IMG/VR virus record: IMGVR_UViG_3300031857_000010
Span: 152,700-216,699 of that record
DNA length: 64,000 nucleotides
Direction: 5' to 3' (one strand)
The notes beneath the pieces are model-generated. The model did no database searches. It was not told the origin of the DNA and saw only the letters and a program-made list of their open reading frames with translations. The translations under genes were made by a program, and so were the position numbers. Shown in pieces: positions 19,233 to 30,610 of the stretch (the stretch's first letter is position 1; every line of letters begins with the position of its first letter).

Positions 19233-19504
19233 ATTTACAAATTTAAAGAATGAATCATATAAAACGTAAAAACCCGCGTTCAAGTTACACGGGCTTTTCA
19301 ACATACTGTTCAAATGTTAGTATCTTAATATATTATAATGAACGGTAAGTATCCATCCATTATTGTTAGCAACCATGTGTGAGTTAATAATGTCTATACT
19401 ATTGTTACCGAAACTTTTTTTCCAATCTTCGATCTGTTGATTTAATTCATTTGCAGCATTTTCAGCTACAACTGAAGAGGAGCCAAATATTTTAATCATA
19501 TTTT

Positions 19505-19891
19505 TTATTTGAATAAATTAATAATGTTCTGTGTTCCAGCAGGATTCATCGAATGTACAAACATTTGTGGATAATCAATATGATTTGTATCATAAAGTTG
19601 TTTCATAAACTTGGCAGCATCATAACCTGTCTTTGAGGATCCTTCTATAGCGTTGTAGTATGCTTCAATGGACTCATACATTTCTCCAACATAATGTTCT
19701 TCAGCAAGATCGTGGTCATAAGAAATGTGGGTAATTTGTTTAATGTTTTTTTCTAAAACTTCAACAAATTGTTCGTAATTCCTTACAACAATCCATTCCT
19801 TCAAATATATTTCCTGTAAGTTACCTATTCTGGCAAACATATATCCAAAACAATCTTTTGGTTCTCTAACATCATCTAAAAATAACTTCAT
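19505..19891 (-). CDS. cyclic-phosphate-processing receiver-domain protein
   Basis: LFLDD.R.P, SYDHDL, TGYD, VHSMNP.G motifs. Confidence 0.8.
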   Translation of the reverse strand: MKLFLDDVREPKDCFGYMFARIGNLQEIYLKEWIVVRNYEQFVEVLEKNIKQITHISYDHDLAEEHYVGEMYESIEAYYNAIEGSSKTGYDAAKFMKQLYDTNHIDYPQMFVHSMNPAGTQNIINLFK

Positions 19892-20241
19892 AATTTTTTG
19901 CTTCTTTTTGTTTTGGGGTCAATTATATTACCCACATGAGCAGGGTAGTGTCCAATAAGTTTAAGATTATCTGTAAACAAAACAAAATGTTCTGCCTCCT
20001 CTCTTTTGTCTGTATAATAAATTACAGTGTCAGCATTAGAAATATGATCCACAAAGTACCAGTGATGCGGTTCACTTCTTTTTTGGTAATCATTTGTTTT
20101 CTTTATGACCCAATCTGCTTCACTAAAATATCGCACTTTATAAACTAAAAAATGAGCGTATTTTTTATTGTCAGCGACAAATATTTTTTGTCCTAATCCC
20201 AAACTAGGAATCAGTAACAAAATAAAAAATATCTTATTCAT
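19888..20241 (-). CDS. exported repeat protein (DUF6150-like)
   Basis: Signal peptide; repeated V....AD units. Confidence 0.5.
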   Translation of the reverse strand: MNKIFFILLLIPSLGLGQKIFVADNKKYAHFLVYKVRYFSEADWVIKKTNDYQKRSEPHHWYFVDHISNADTVIYYTDKREEAEHFVLFTDNLKLIGHYPAHVGNIIDPKTKRSKKL

Positions 20242-20590
20242 TTTTTTGTTTTCTTAGAAGCTTTGAAATTATCTAAAATTTCTTTTACTGTCCACGGATG
20301 AGCTAAATAATCGTTTTTGAAAGGTATCAAATTAAAATTTTTTTTAATTAAAAAACTTCTTAACTCCTCCTCCTTCAATGAATTTTGTCTGGCAACAGTT
20401 TTAATACTCCTGAGCATTTTTATTTTTTAGGTTTCATTTGCTTGGTAGGCTTTTTTCTAACACGGTGACTGGTGTTTTTTGGATTGGTATCGAAATTCTC
20501 CTCGACCCATTCATCTTTACCCAACTTTTTGTTCGGTCTTGATCCAAGCGAATCTTTTTCTGAGTGAATGTTATTTGACATTTTTTTAAT

Positions 20591-20956
20591 TTAAAATCTA
20601 TAATTAAATATTTTACAAAACTTATTTAGATTGGTTAGATCCGGAAAAGTCACGTTTCCTATACTATTATCATCAATATGTGATATGTGAAGTTCAGTAA
20701 ACATATGACAGTATTTTTCATAGGTTTTTTTGCCACCAATACACCAATCAACATCAGTAATAAATTCACCTCTGATGTCCTGAATAAGCTGTCTGCCTTT
20801 TAACGTAGGTAGACTTTGAAAAGTTACATATCCGGCCAGTAATCTGCTATTGTAAGTTAAATTCTTAAAATGTTTTAGGTCTTCACTGTTATGCCATAAC
20901 AATTTATCATCAATTCCGATGAATCCTAAATTATTAATCGCTAGGATGGCTTTCAT
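20591..20956 (-). CDS. folA: dihydrofolate reductase (short)
   Basis: AINNLGFIG...LLW..SEDLKHFK.LT, IGG..Y, TFP; 121 aa, shorter than typical. Confidence 0.8.
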   Translation of the reverse strand: MKAILAINNLGFIGIDDKLLWHNSEDLKHFKNLTYNSRLLAGYVTFQSLPTLKGRQLIQDIRGEFITDVDWCIGGKKTYEKYCHMFTELHISHIDDNSIGNVTFPDLTNLNKFCKIFNYRF

Positions 20957-21354
20957 ACTATTTCTATACAGATTTTTTTTTCTTCGGTTAAATTTAATTT
21001 AGGTCTAAAATCATCAAGAACCATGACAATTAATGCATCACGAAAATCTGGTTCCATATCTTTCCAATACAAACAATGTTGAGTTCTGTAAAATACTATT
21101 CTTTTTTCAGATAATTTTAAGTCAAGAATTTCTGCACAGTCTTTAATCGTACAAATATCAAAAAACTCTTTATTAAACATTTTTTTAAGAGAATTTATTA
21201 CACCCTCTATTTTTAAATTTGGAGGTATGTTTCCCTCAGATATCATGAATTTTTCAATTAGGATATCTACTTCCTCATAAAGAGTTTTGAACTCTTTATT
21301 TTTATTTGAACCTCCTAAGTGTTTTAGAAAAATATTTAATAATGACATATATAA

Positions 21355-21912
21355 TTAAATTATTTTTTTTAATTGTTCTATGTTGTTGAAATGTATCAAA
21401 TGCTCAAAACCATAGAATCCTGTTTTGGTTCCTCTTTCTCTTAGTTTAGGATCCATGATCAAATCATCTGATTGATACTTATTTAATATTTCTTTTTTTG
21501 CTAAACCACACACATAAACATATCTACTCTGCCATCTTATCATAATTATTTCATGATTGTAACTCTTCTTGAATATTACTGGAAACTGCCCATATCTCAC
21601 GGTTTTTATTCCAACATTTAAACCTATTTTCTTCAAATCAGATTTATGAAAATCTTTAGAATCTCCAACATCCCAATTAACTATTCCCTCTACTCCAAGA
21701 AACTTCTCTAAAGCCAATTCACCCAAAGTGCCGGTGAAAAATCTTTGATATAAAGATGAATTATCTATCTTGTGATTATTTTCTGATGGTTTAACTCGCT
21801 TGATTTCTTTTATAAAACGGTCTATTTTTTTTATGTCTTCCAAATCAATTTTAATTAATTTAAAATTTGAAGAATAAGGTTTTATAAAATTATCATAATT
21901 AATTTCAATCAT
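21355..21912 (-). CDS. hypothetical, possible PD-(D/E)XK-like nuclease
   Basis: GTLGELAL...SDL...VGIKT pattern. Confidence 0.45.
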   Translation of the reverse strand: MIEINYDNFIKPYSSNFKLIKIDLEDIKKIDRFIKEIKRVKPSENNHKIDNSSLYQRFFTGTLGELALEKFLGVEGIVNWDVGDSKDFHKSDLKKIGLNVGIKTVRYGQFPVIFKKSYNHEIIMIRWQSRYVYVCGLAKKEILNKYQSDDLIMDPKLRERGTKTGFYGFEHLIHFNNIEQLKKII

Positions 21913-22149
21913 ATAAAATACTATTAATCTATTAATTCGTAAAAAGAATTTTTTGTTTCTGCTAATTTAGTTTCAAAATCAATTCTAATTATTCTTGAAG
22001 TTATCAACACTTCACCTTCATAAAAACCCTCTCTTTTTCCAATTAGTTTTCCCATTAAACAATAACTTGTTCCAATGTCATTTAATTTCCAATCAACCAA
22101 TTGATATTTTGGTTTATTAATTATTTCATCTATCATTTTTTTAAAACTA

Positions 22150-22932
22150 TTAATAATTATTTTTGTATATGTGTATAGAGTTAAAGATATTAAAAATAGT
22201 AAATTCTATTTTGAATGATGGTGTATGTTCTGAAACAAATCTATCCCAGTTTATATCGAAATTAAAAAATGTAATTCCATCCTTGAAGCTTCTTACTATT
22301 GCGAATAATTGAATTTCCCAAAAAATTCTTTTTTTATTAGAAATTGCACCATTTCTGCAAAGTCCCAATCTTAAATTTAATTCATTTCCACCTGTCTCTT
22401 CAAAATCAAATTCTGGCATTGAAAGGTTCTCTATATTTTCATAATCATAGAGGTCTGTAAAATAAACAAAAACAACTTGTTCTTCGACACCTTGGTCTTC
22501 TACTACCTCAGAATAAACTATTTTACCGATCAATTGACTTCCGTCATCTTGATCTGATTCTTCCCAAGAAATTCTCTTGGAGGAATTGTTGTATTTATCA
22601 CAGGCTCCAAAATAATTATCTGTAGCTTTTAATAAATTTGTAATATTAGAAGCAGATACAATTGGATTGTTTTCCCATACTGAAACATAAACTACCTTAT
22701 TTTTATTCATTTTTATTTTTTTTATTTCTTTAAAATTATTATCATTATAAATGTTGTAAAGTTTCTCTGTAATTTTTGACATTTGTTCAAGAAAAAACTT
22801 TTGCTGTTCCTTCTCATCAAAAATTTCTATAATAAGTCCCTTGTCTGAATTTTTTTTGTGCTTTTCAAACAAAGAATCTATTTTATAATAATTATCTCTT
22901 ATTGTGCTCATTCCTTTTAAATAAAAACACAA
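22150..22932 (-). CDS. hypothetical protein
   Basis: Long ORF; start uncertain. Confidence 0.6.
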   Translation of the reverse strand: MCFYLKGMSTIRDNYYKIDSLFEKHKKNSDKGLIIEIFDEKEQQKFFLEQMSKITEKLYNIYNDNNFKEIKKIKMNKNKVVYVSVWENNPIVSASNITNLLKATDNYFGACDKYNNSSKRISWEESDQDDGSQLIGKIVYSEVVEDQGVEEQVVFVYFTDLYDYENIENLSMPEFDFEETGGNELNLRLGLCRNGAISNKKRIFWEIQLFAIVRSFKDGITFFNFDINWDRFVSEHTPSFKIEFTIFNIFNSIHIYKNNY

Positions 22933-23257
22933 TAAAATCTACAGTGAAAAGAAATATATATATAAAAACAGAGGACACAAGAGCACATATTACAAATATT
23001 ACAATAAACAAAAAATATAGAGATGATTTTATTTTTTCTAACATATTCTATTGCCATTTAAAAGGATTTCTTTTTCCTCTGATATCCATTTCATCTGATA
23101 ATCCACGTATCCCGTAATACAAAAGACCTGAAATAAATGCTAATAACAAATATAGATAACTTAATGGATTATACGGATTTATCCTATGTCTTAAAAATCC
23201 GTTTTCATTTTTCTTTTCTTGAAGTATGTAAATTTTTGTCAGAATTTTTCTCATATT

Positions 23258-25657
23258 TTATTTACTTAATATTTTTAAAACTTTTAATATTGAATCTGGT
23301 GTCACAGAAATACTATCTATACCCTCTTCAACCAGAAACTTTGCAAATTCAGGAAAATCAGATGGTGCTTGACCGCAAATTCCAACTTTAGTGCCGGTTT
23401 TTTTACCAACTTTTATAAGATGAGATATAGCTCTTTTTACTGCAATATTCCTTTCATCATAAATGTGAGCGACTAATGCAGAATCCCTATCCAACCCTAA
23501 AATTAATTGAGTTAAATCATTAGACCCTATTGAAAAACCATCTATATGTTCGGCAAATTCCTCAGCCATAAATATATTAGATGGAAGTTCAGCCATTAAA
23601 TAAATCTCTAGACCCCTTTCACCTCTTTTAAGCCCATACGATTCCATTACCTTATAAACTTTTAGTAATTCCTCTACTGTTCTACAAAATGGGATCATAA
23701 TTACAACATTGGTTAAACCCATTTTTTCCCTTACTCTTTTTAGGGCTTTTAATTCCATACCAAATGCCTCTTTGTATTCAGTGGAATAGTATCTTGAAGC
23801 ACCTCTCCAACCTATCATAGGGTTTTCTTCTTTCGGCTCAAAATAAGTACCTCCTAATAAGTTTTCATATTCATTGGATTTAAAATCTGATAATCTTACA
23901 ATTACTTTATTCGGATAAAATGCTGTAGCAATTTTTGCTATACCATAAGATAATCTTTTAACAAAAAAAGTTTCTTCATCATCATACCCCCTTATTGTTT
24001 TTTCAATTTCATTTGTAAGATTTTCATCACCAATTTGCTTATGTTTTAGAAGAGCAAGTGGATGTACCTTTATATAATTATTAATTATAAATTCTTCTCT
24101 GGCAAGTCCTACACCTGAATTTGGTAGATGTGAAAATTTAAAAGCTATATCCGGAGATGCAACATTTAGCATTATGGGTGTCTTAACCTTGGGCAGATCA
24201 TCAAGGTTTGTTTCTATTTTTTCATAATCTAAAAACCCTTCGTAAACAAATCCAGTATCACCCTCACTACATGATACAGTGACCTTTTGATTATTTTTAA
24301 TTATATCTGTGGCATTTCTACACCCTACTATTGCAGGTAAACCTAACTCTCTGGCAACTATTGCAGCATGACAAGTTCTACCACCTTTGTTAGTAATGAT
24401 TGCAGAAGCTTTTTTCATAATTGGCTCCCAATCAGGATCTGTCATATCTGTTACCAAAACTGAACCCTCAACAAATTCAGAAGCATCAAAAGAACCATCT
24501 CTACCATCTAATGAGAACATAATTGTTGCTTCTCCAGAGGCAACCCCGTCTCCAACTGCTATGCCTTTTATTAATGGATTTTGACCTTCTGAATTAATAT
24601 TATATTCTACTAAAGTTCTATTTCTTTTTTGAGAATGAATTGTCTCTGGTCTTGCCTGAACTATATAAAGTTCCCCCGTTAATCCATCTATAGCCCATTC
24701 AACATCAACAGGACACCATTTATTTTTCAATTTTGAATAGTATCTTTCTATTGAACTAACCCACTTTGCTATCTCTAATACTTGTTTATCAGTTATGCAA
24801 AAATTGTTTTTTTGATCATCGCTTACTTGTATTGTTTTTGTAAGTTTACCATGATCTTCACCATAAATCATTTTTTTATCCTTAAATCCAAGTTTCTTTT
24901 CTATGATTGAAGAATATCCCTTTTCCAACAAAGGTTTAAAAACAATAAATTCATCAGGTGATATTGCACCTTGAACAACCATTTCACCTAGACCATATGA
25001 ACCATTAATTAGTATCACATCTTTAAAACCACTTTCTGTATCTAATGAAAATGCAACACCAGATGAAGCTAAATCTGAACGAACCATTTTTTGTACACAA
25101 ACAGAAAGACCTACATTAAAATGATCATATCCAAAAGTGTTTCTGTAAGATATTGCTCTATCTGTGAATAAAGATGCAAAACAATTTCTTACAGCCTCTA
25201 TTATTGATTCTATTCCTCTAACATTTAAAAATGTTTCTTGTTGACCCGCAAAAGAAGCATCGGGTAAATCCTCAGCTGTTGCGGATGATCTGACTGCAAC
25301 ATCTGTCATTTCTTGATCATATTGCTTTGACAACTCTAAATATTTTTCTTTTATTTCATTTTTTAATTCCTCCGGAAATTCTCCATTTCTTATTATTTGT
25401 CTAACCTGAGATCCAACTTTTCTTAACTCTATTATATCTGAGTCATTTAAATTTGAAACTAAATCTTTTATCTTTTTATCCAGTTTATTATGTGTAATAT
25501 AATCAAAATAACCTTTAACATTAATTGCAAAACCATTAGGTACTTTTATATTCATAGAATTAAGGTTTTGCAACATCTCTCCTAAAGAAGCATTTTTGCC
25601 ACCAACTAAATTAATGTCGCCTAATGAAACTTTGTTCAAATCAATAGTGTATTTCAT
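23258..25657 (-). CDS. ppsA: phosphoenolpyruvate synthase (pyruvate,water dikinase)
   Basis: VGGKNASLGEM, AVRSSATAEDLPDASFAGQQET, GGRTCHAAIVARE (phospho-His), EENPMIGWRGASRY, FSIGSNDLTQ, GICGQAPSD. Confidence 0.97.
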   Translation of the reverse strand: MKYTIDLNKVSLGDINLVGGKNASLGEMLQNLNSMNIKVPNGFAINVKGYFDYITHNKLDKKIKDLVSNLNDSDIIELRKVGSQVRQIIRNGEFPEELKNEIKEKYLELSKQYDQEMTDVAVRSSATAEDLPDASFAGQQETFLNVRGIESIIEAVRNCFASLFTDRAISYRNTFGYDHFNVGLSVCVQKMVRSDLASSGVAFSLDTESGFKDVILINGSYGLGEMVVQGAISPDEFIVFKPLLEKGYSSIIEKKLGFKDKKMIYGEDHGKLTKTIQVSDDQKNNFCITDKQVLEIAKWVSSIERYYSKLKNKWCPVDVEWAIDGLTGELYIVQARPETIHSQKRNRTLVEYNINSEGQNPLIKGIAVGDGVASGEATIMFSLDGRDGSFDASEFVEGSVLVTDMTDPDWEPIMKKASAIITNKGGRTCHAAIVARELGLPAIVGCRNATDIIKNNQKVTVSCSEGDTGFVYEGFLDYEKIETNLDDLPKVKTPIMLNVASPDIAFKFSHLPNSGVGLAREEFIINNYIKVHPLALLKHKQIGDENLTNEIEKTIRGYDDEETFFVKRLSYGIAKIATAFYPNKVIVRLSDFKSNEYENLLGGTYFEPKEENPMIGWRGASRYYSTEYKEAFGMELKALKRVREKMGLTNVVIMIPFCRTVEELLKVYKVMESYGLKRGERGLEIYLMAELPSNIFMAEEFAEHIDGFSIGSNDLTQLILGLDRDSALVAHIYDERNIAVKRAISHLIKVGKKTGTKVGICGQAPSDFPEFAKFLVEEGIDSISVTPDSILKVLKILSK

Positions 25658-25705
25658 TTTATAAAATTTTATGGAATAAAAATAAACTTAAAAATTATAG
25701 AAAAC

Positions 25706-25738
25706 AAAAATCCCGACCATTTATTTGATCGGGATTTT
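25706..25738. terminator. intrinsic terminator hairpin
   Basis: AAAAATCCCGA...TCGGGATTTT. Confidence 0.7.
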
Positions 25739-25757
25739 ATGAAATGATTTAAATTTA

Positions 25758-26318
25758 TTAATTATCTATTTGAACTTTGATATTACTGTTTTTTGAATTA
25801 ATGTGAACAGATGAATCAACTGTAATGGAAGACCTGTTAGGGTTTGCCTTCCAGAATTCATGCCTGATAACTTGAACTAAATCGTAAGCATCTCTAGCAC
25901 TTTGATCAACTTTTGGATTATAAATTCCCATGTTTCCATGTGTTCCAAAATTTTCACCAGAAACTATTTTCTTTAATTCATTACATTTTTTTCTGAATTC
26001 ATCTCTATCAAAATGTACAGAATTCCAATCTGGAGACAATTTGACATTTTCAACATCAGTCCAAGTTTTAATTTCTTCTCCTTTGCCCCAAGATCCTTTT
26101 GTTTTAATTTTTTTCTTGGTCATTTCAACTATTTCACCCCTCATAGTTTTGTCTCCAATTTCTAAATCTTTCTTAGTTGTATTACGATTAATTATAAGAT
26201 CTTCAATTGTTGGATGTTCTAATATCATATCAAATTGAAGTATTCCTATTCTAGAATAAAGATCTAAAGCTTTCTGAATTAATCTTAACTGTTCATTATT
26301 AAGTTCTAGTGTTGCCAT
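25758..26318 (-). CDS. hypothetical protein
   Basis: 186-aa ORF. Confidence 0.65.
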   Translation of the reverse strand: MATLELNNEQLRLIQKALDLYSRIGILQFDMILEHPTIEDLIINRNTTKKDLEIGDKTMRGEIVEMTKKKIKTKGSWGKGEEIKTWTDVENVKLSPDWNSVHFDRDEFRKKCNELKKIVSGENFGTHGNMGIYNPKVDQSARDAYDLVQVIRHEFWKANPNRSSITVDSSVHINSKNSNIKVQIDN

Positions 26319-26322
26319 GTTT

Positions 26323-26727
26323 TTAATTTATTTTAACCCATTTATTAGATGAATTCAACCTTACAGTAAAAATAAATTCTTTTTTCCATTGACTTGGTTC
26401 GATTAAAGATAAAAAATAATTTTCATCTTCTTTTTTATATAAATGATAAGTGTGACCAACAACTGGTATAAAATTATACTCTACTTTAGAATAAATGAAT
26501 TGATTTAAATCATATTCTAAAATTAATTTTTCGTACTCAGCCTTTATCTCATTAAACTTGGATTCGAAAACGTGATTTGCGTTAACTACCTCTCTTTGTC
26601 TCCAACCCTTAACATCATCAACTTTTATTGCTGGTGCTCCAAGGTCTGATGCATAAGGAAGATTTTTTGCGTAATATCCCTTTTCCTCATCCCAAACTAC
26701 GATGTCAGGTTTTTTTTCTTTCTCCAT
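26323..26727 (-). CDS. DUF2452-like protein
   Basis: LPY...GAP.I, F.PVVG.TYHLY, FLSLI.P.QW pattern. Confidence 0.7.
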   Translation of the reverse strand: MEKEKKPDIVVWDEEKGYYAKNLPYASDLGAPAIKVDDVKGWRQREVVNANHVFESKFNEIKAEYEKLILEYDLNQFIYSKVEYNFIPVVGHTYHLYKKEDENYFLSLIEPSQWKKEFIFTVRLNSSNKWVKIN

Positions 26728-26742
26728 TTTGTTTATCAAGTT

Positions 26743-27228
26743 TTAACAGAAAATCATTTCACTAGCTTTTAAATTCGCCATAATCTGATCAAACTTAATT
26801 TTAAATTTTTTATCTACTTCGAGCCAATTATTTACAGTTTTGCAATGATAAATTACTGTAGCATGATTTTTAGACATCAATCTTCCTATAAAAGAAACAG
26901 AAAAATTTAATTTTTTACACATAATATAAGAAGTCACTCTTCTCATTTGACAATATCTTCCATTTCTGCTTTGGATAAAAATTTCATCAGAAAGATCTTC
27001 TCCATTATAAACTAAAGAAACAACCCGAGCAATGTCTTTCATTAGTTTTAAAACATCTTTATTTTGACCTACCATTATATCACTAATCTCATCAAAAGTA
27101 ATTTCGGGCTTGTGATTAAAATTAATAATATAAGCTTTTATAAACCACTTCTTAAAAAGAACAGGATCATTTATAATTTCTTTGCTTAAATCTTCGAAAG
27201 AAACTATTTTTTTTTCTGAATTTATCAT
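26743..27228 (-). CDS. DnaA C-terminal (domain IV) HTH protein
   Basis: SR......R....Y.......S...IG......HATVIY matches DnaA DNA-binding signature; no AAA+ domain. Confidence 0.75.
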   Translation of the reverse strand: MINSEKKIVSFEDLSKEIINDPVLFKKWFIKAYIINFNHKPEITFDEISDIMVGQNKDVLKLMKDIARVVSLVYNGEDLSDEIFIQSRNGRYCQMRRVTSYIMCKKLNFSVSFIGRLMSKNHATVIYHCKTVNNWLEVDKKFKIKFDQIMANLKASEMIFC

Positions 27229-28621
27229 TTGCTATGAATTACCAAACAGTGAATATATTAACAAACAAGTTCCAATCCAAACAAGAATAAAAAAATAACC
27301 TGCCAAATTTTGTTTATTTGATTTTAATTTTAAAAATATTTGTTTCATATTTTAATTCTCTAAAAAAAATTTTAAATCTTTTTCTAATGCAACTATTTTT
27401 CTTGTTGGTATCTTGAGTTTATTAAGTAAAATTTTCATGTTTCTTGTACCCATGAAAATGAGAGTAGCTATCCTCTCTTCTTTGTCTGGATAGGCAATCT
27501 GAAGTCTCTCGTCTAATCCCAAAGGTTTAGTCAATTTTTTTCCATATGATCTATTAAAATTAGAATCAATTCTTAATTTATTGAGAAACTCTTCCCTGCT
27601 TATTGGTATTTCATTTTCAGATAAATCAGTAAGATATTCTCTGTATCTTGATTCTAATCTAGCCATTTTATTTTTTTCTTAAAGATGCTTTTATAGAGTC
27701 GTATTTCATTCCCCAGTAAGAAACCTCGTCTTCCCTGAGCTGAAGTTCATTTTCTAGAATATTAACTTGATCATCCAAGTTTTTTACCTGTTCAACCAGT
27801 TCCGCTTTTTCTGCCTTTAAGGATTTATTTTTTTTAATAAAATTATAATTGATAAATCCTGAGAAAATAACGTAAAATAATAATGTTATTATTACCAGTT
27901 TATAAATCGTTTCATTTTTCATATGATAAAATTATTTCACAAAAATATACAAAATAAATCTAATAAATTAAAAATTTAATGCAATTATTTTAACAATAAA
28001 ATGTTTAAATCTTTTTTTAAATTTAAACTATATTCCCAAACAACTCAACCTGTATCTTTTCGCCTCTTTTTAAGGGAGTTTCTATGTTTAAAACCTTGAG
28101 AATCAAATCGCAAAAATTTCTCATTCCTACGGGTTCTCCGGGTACAATATAAGCATCTTCAAAATCACGACCATCAACCTTTGTGAAGATTGGTTCTTTG
28201 ACGGTGAGCATATATAACCCATTCCGTTGCCTTGTTAACCATAATTTCATTTATTTATGTTTTTATAAGTGATAAATACTTTTCTTTATTATTATCTAAA
28301 ATAATTTATTTTTTTATAAAAACCAAAAAAAATTCATATTTCAAACAATTATTCATTTAGTATCCATTTTTTATTGATTGTTTTCGTAAATTGGATTAAA
28401 TGTATCTGGATCGTAACCTATTATCTTATTGCTGATTATCAATCCATCAAAAGGTTCTGGCTTTTTTTCTTCTTCTCTTTTACTTCTAATATATTCTTTA
28501 ATACTTTCAGGTGTGTTGGGATCAACCAACAAAGAAGAATCAAACTCCTCAGCTTTTCTTAACAACTCATCACCTTTTTCTTTTAATTCTCTTAACTTTT
28601 GTTCTAAATTTTCCATTATGT

Positions 28622-28942
28622 TTAATAAATATATTTTTTTAAAAAAACCTCAATTGAATTTATTACTTTCTTTTTTCTTTTTAGAATTGCCTCTGGACTT
28701 GTTCCTTCACCTTTCAAACATTTGAAACAATGCCAAGGTAAATATAAAAAATTACCATTTTTTTTTATGGCGAACTTATACATATTTACATAATAAACCT
28801 TATAACAACCTTCCCGACTATGAAGATGAATATAATCTCCGGGTAAACAAGGTTTTTTCTTCTTGATTAACTCATAATAATAATAATAGTACCAAGGATT
28901 GTATCCAAGTTTATTATGCTCATCAGGATAAAATGTTTCCAT
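28622..28942 (-). CDS. hypothetical protein
   Basis: Start moved to METFYP, downstream of the tRNA-like element. Confidence 0.55.
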   Translation of the reverse strand: METFYPDEHNKLGYNPWYYYYYYELIKKKKPCLPGDYIHLHSREGCYKVYYVNMYKFAIKKNGNFLYLPWHCFKCLKGEGTSPEAILKRKKKVINSIEVFLKKYIY

Positions 28943-28956
28943 AATAATTTGTTTTG

Positions 28957-29064
28957 TAGTCAGGACAGGATTCGAACCTGTATGATATCCGCAGATATCT
29001 TTCACTTGCGTTCACTACCTCATCAGGTTTCCGTGATTAGCGTCTACCATTCCGCCACCTGACC
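28957..29064 (-). ncRNA. tRNA-scaffold element 1 (57-nt insert)
   Basis: GTCAGGTGGCGGAATGGTAGACGC-[insert]-TACAGGTTCGAATCCTGTCCTGACTA. Confidence 0.75.
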
Positions 29065-29074
29065 GTTATTAATT

Positions 29075-29803
29075 TTATTTTATATCATAGTAATTCCAAA
29101 TCTCTTCCAACTGTTTAGGATCAACAATAAAAGATTCCCAATCATCTTTGGCAACCTCCACGTCCCTAACGTCAACATAAAAAGTCTTAGGTGTAAATGG
29201 AAATGATTTTATATATCCTTTTTTGCCGACCATTTTACTTCTATCTCCATTCTTATAATCTTCTTCGCTTAACCAAGCAAATCCACTCCAACATACATTA
29301 TTTTGATCCCTTTTAATTATTGCATCTATATAATAAGGTTTACCATCTTTTCCATCTTTAAATAACGCTGAACACCTTTTGTTTTGATACCATGAATTAC
29401 CATCACCAAATTCTCTTACATCACCCCATTCATCATCCATACCAGTTATAGGTGCAATAGGATGAAACAATAGTAGATTATTAATCGACTCAATCAAATG
29501 ATCAAAATCATTAATTGATTTTGTCTTAATCACTTCAACTATTGAATTGATTTCCTCTGTGAATTCATAAGTTAAAGAATCCGGATCTTTAGCTATTTCT
29601 AAAACTATATTACTAGAAATTTTATTTTTTATTTCATGAATTATGGAACCAGCAGTATATGGTGCTGAACCACCACTTTGTCCTGAATCTCTAAATTTTT
29701 TGCAGAGATTTAATATTTCATTTTTGATTGATAAAATATCAAAATCTGGATTTATTTTAGATATAATATCTAATTCTATTTCAGCAAAAGTCCTATTATT
29801 CAT
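29075..29803 (-). CDS. phage hypothetical protein
   Basis: GQSGGSA...PITG.DDEW...YQNKRCS.LFKD. Confidence 0.7.
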   Translation of the reverse strand: MNNRTFAEIELDIISKINPDFDILSIKNEILNLCKKFRDSGQSGGSAPYTAGSIIHEIKNKISSNIVLEIAKDPDSLTYEFTEEINSIVEVIKTKSINDFDHLIESINNLLLFHPIAPITGMDDEWGDVREFGDGNSWYQNKRCSALFKDGKDGKPYYIDAIIKRDQNNVCWSGFAWLSEEDYKNGDRSKMVGKKGYIKSFPFTPKTFYVDVRDVEVAKDDWESFIVDPKQLEEIWNYYDIK

Positions 29804-30068
29804 AATTGTTAATATTAATTTTAAATATTTCCTCTTTAACCTGATTCCAATAAGTCAAATACATAGGGTGTGGTGTATAATATACCGATGAAGTTGAATT
29901 CAAAGTATCATCAAATCGACTATCATCTTTCCTACTTTCTATAATCTGATCACAAACATATTCAGCAGCATTTTTTGCAGTTGCTACATTTTTATGATGA
30001 GACAGCTCATAGCACCAACGCATCATTGCATCCCTGTATAGTTGTTCTGCTTTTTCCTTGGGTGTCAT
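29796..30068 (-). CDS. small protein, MTPKEKA family
   Basis: MTPKEKAE...YW.QVK.EI termini shared with 32995 and 34206. Confidence 0.7.
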   Translation of the reverse strand: MTPKEKAEQLYRDAMMRWCYELSHHKNVATAKNAAEYVCDQIIESRKDDSRFDDTLNSTSSVYYTPHPMYLTYWNQVKEEIFKININNYE

Positions 30069-30391
30069 TTCATGAATTATTTTATTTTTTATTTATGAAT
30101 TCAATACTATCGTCAAATGATTGTGACATACCTTCTTTTAGTTTTTTTAAATCATCAATTGCATCAGATTGTACACGAATGATAAAAAAGGGATTTGACA
30201 TCAGAATTTCAACGTTCATATTATAGAAGTTTCCAAAAACATTTTGCTCTGGATAATCTTCTTTTAATTTGTACCAAAGCTGTTTATATATTTCTAAGCG
30301 TTCAGATTCTGTGTTGCTATATCTCCTTAAAAGGAACATAAATAATTTTTTCATATCTGTTATTCAAATAATAATTTTTTTAGATTAAAAT

Positions 30392-30610
30392 TTAAGAAAC
30401 ATCTCCATAAATTTCGTTATAATATTTTTTACAACTGTTTCCATGTACAGGAACATCTTGACCCCCATCCCAATAAGCTTCCTCAACTTGCTCTTGGAAC
30501 AATTCTTTTGCCTTGATTAAAGTATCACTATATCCGTTGTTAATAGAATTTCTTAATCTCTCCGGCAAATTTTCCATAAACCAATCAATTGCAGTTTTTT
30601 TATTTTCCAT
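30392..30610 (-). CDS. small protein, ME..(K/Q)TA..W family
   Basis: TA..W...AKE..EQ...YYNE.YG shared with 33718 and 34405. Confidence 0.7.
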   Translation of the reverse strand: MENKKTAIDWFMENLPERLRNSINNGYSDTLIKAKELFQEQVEEAYWDGGQDVPVHGNSCKKYYNEIYGDVS

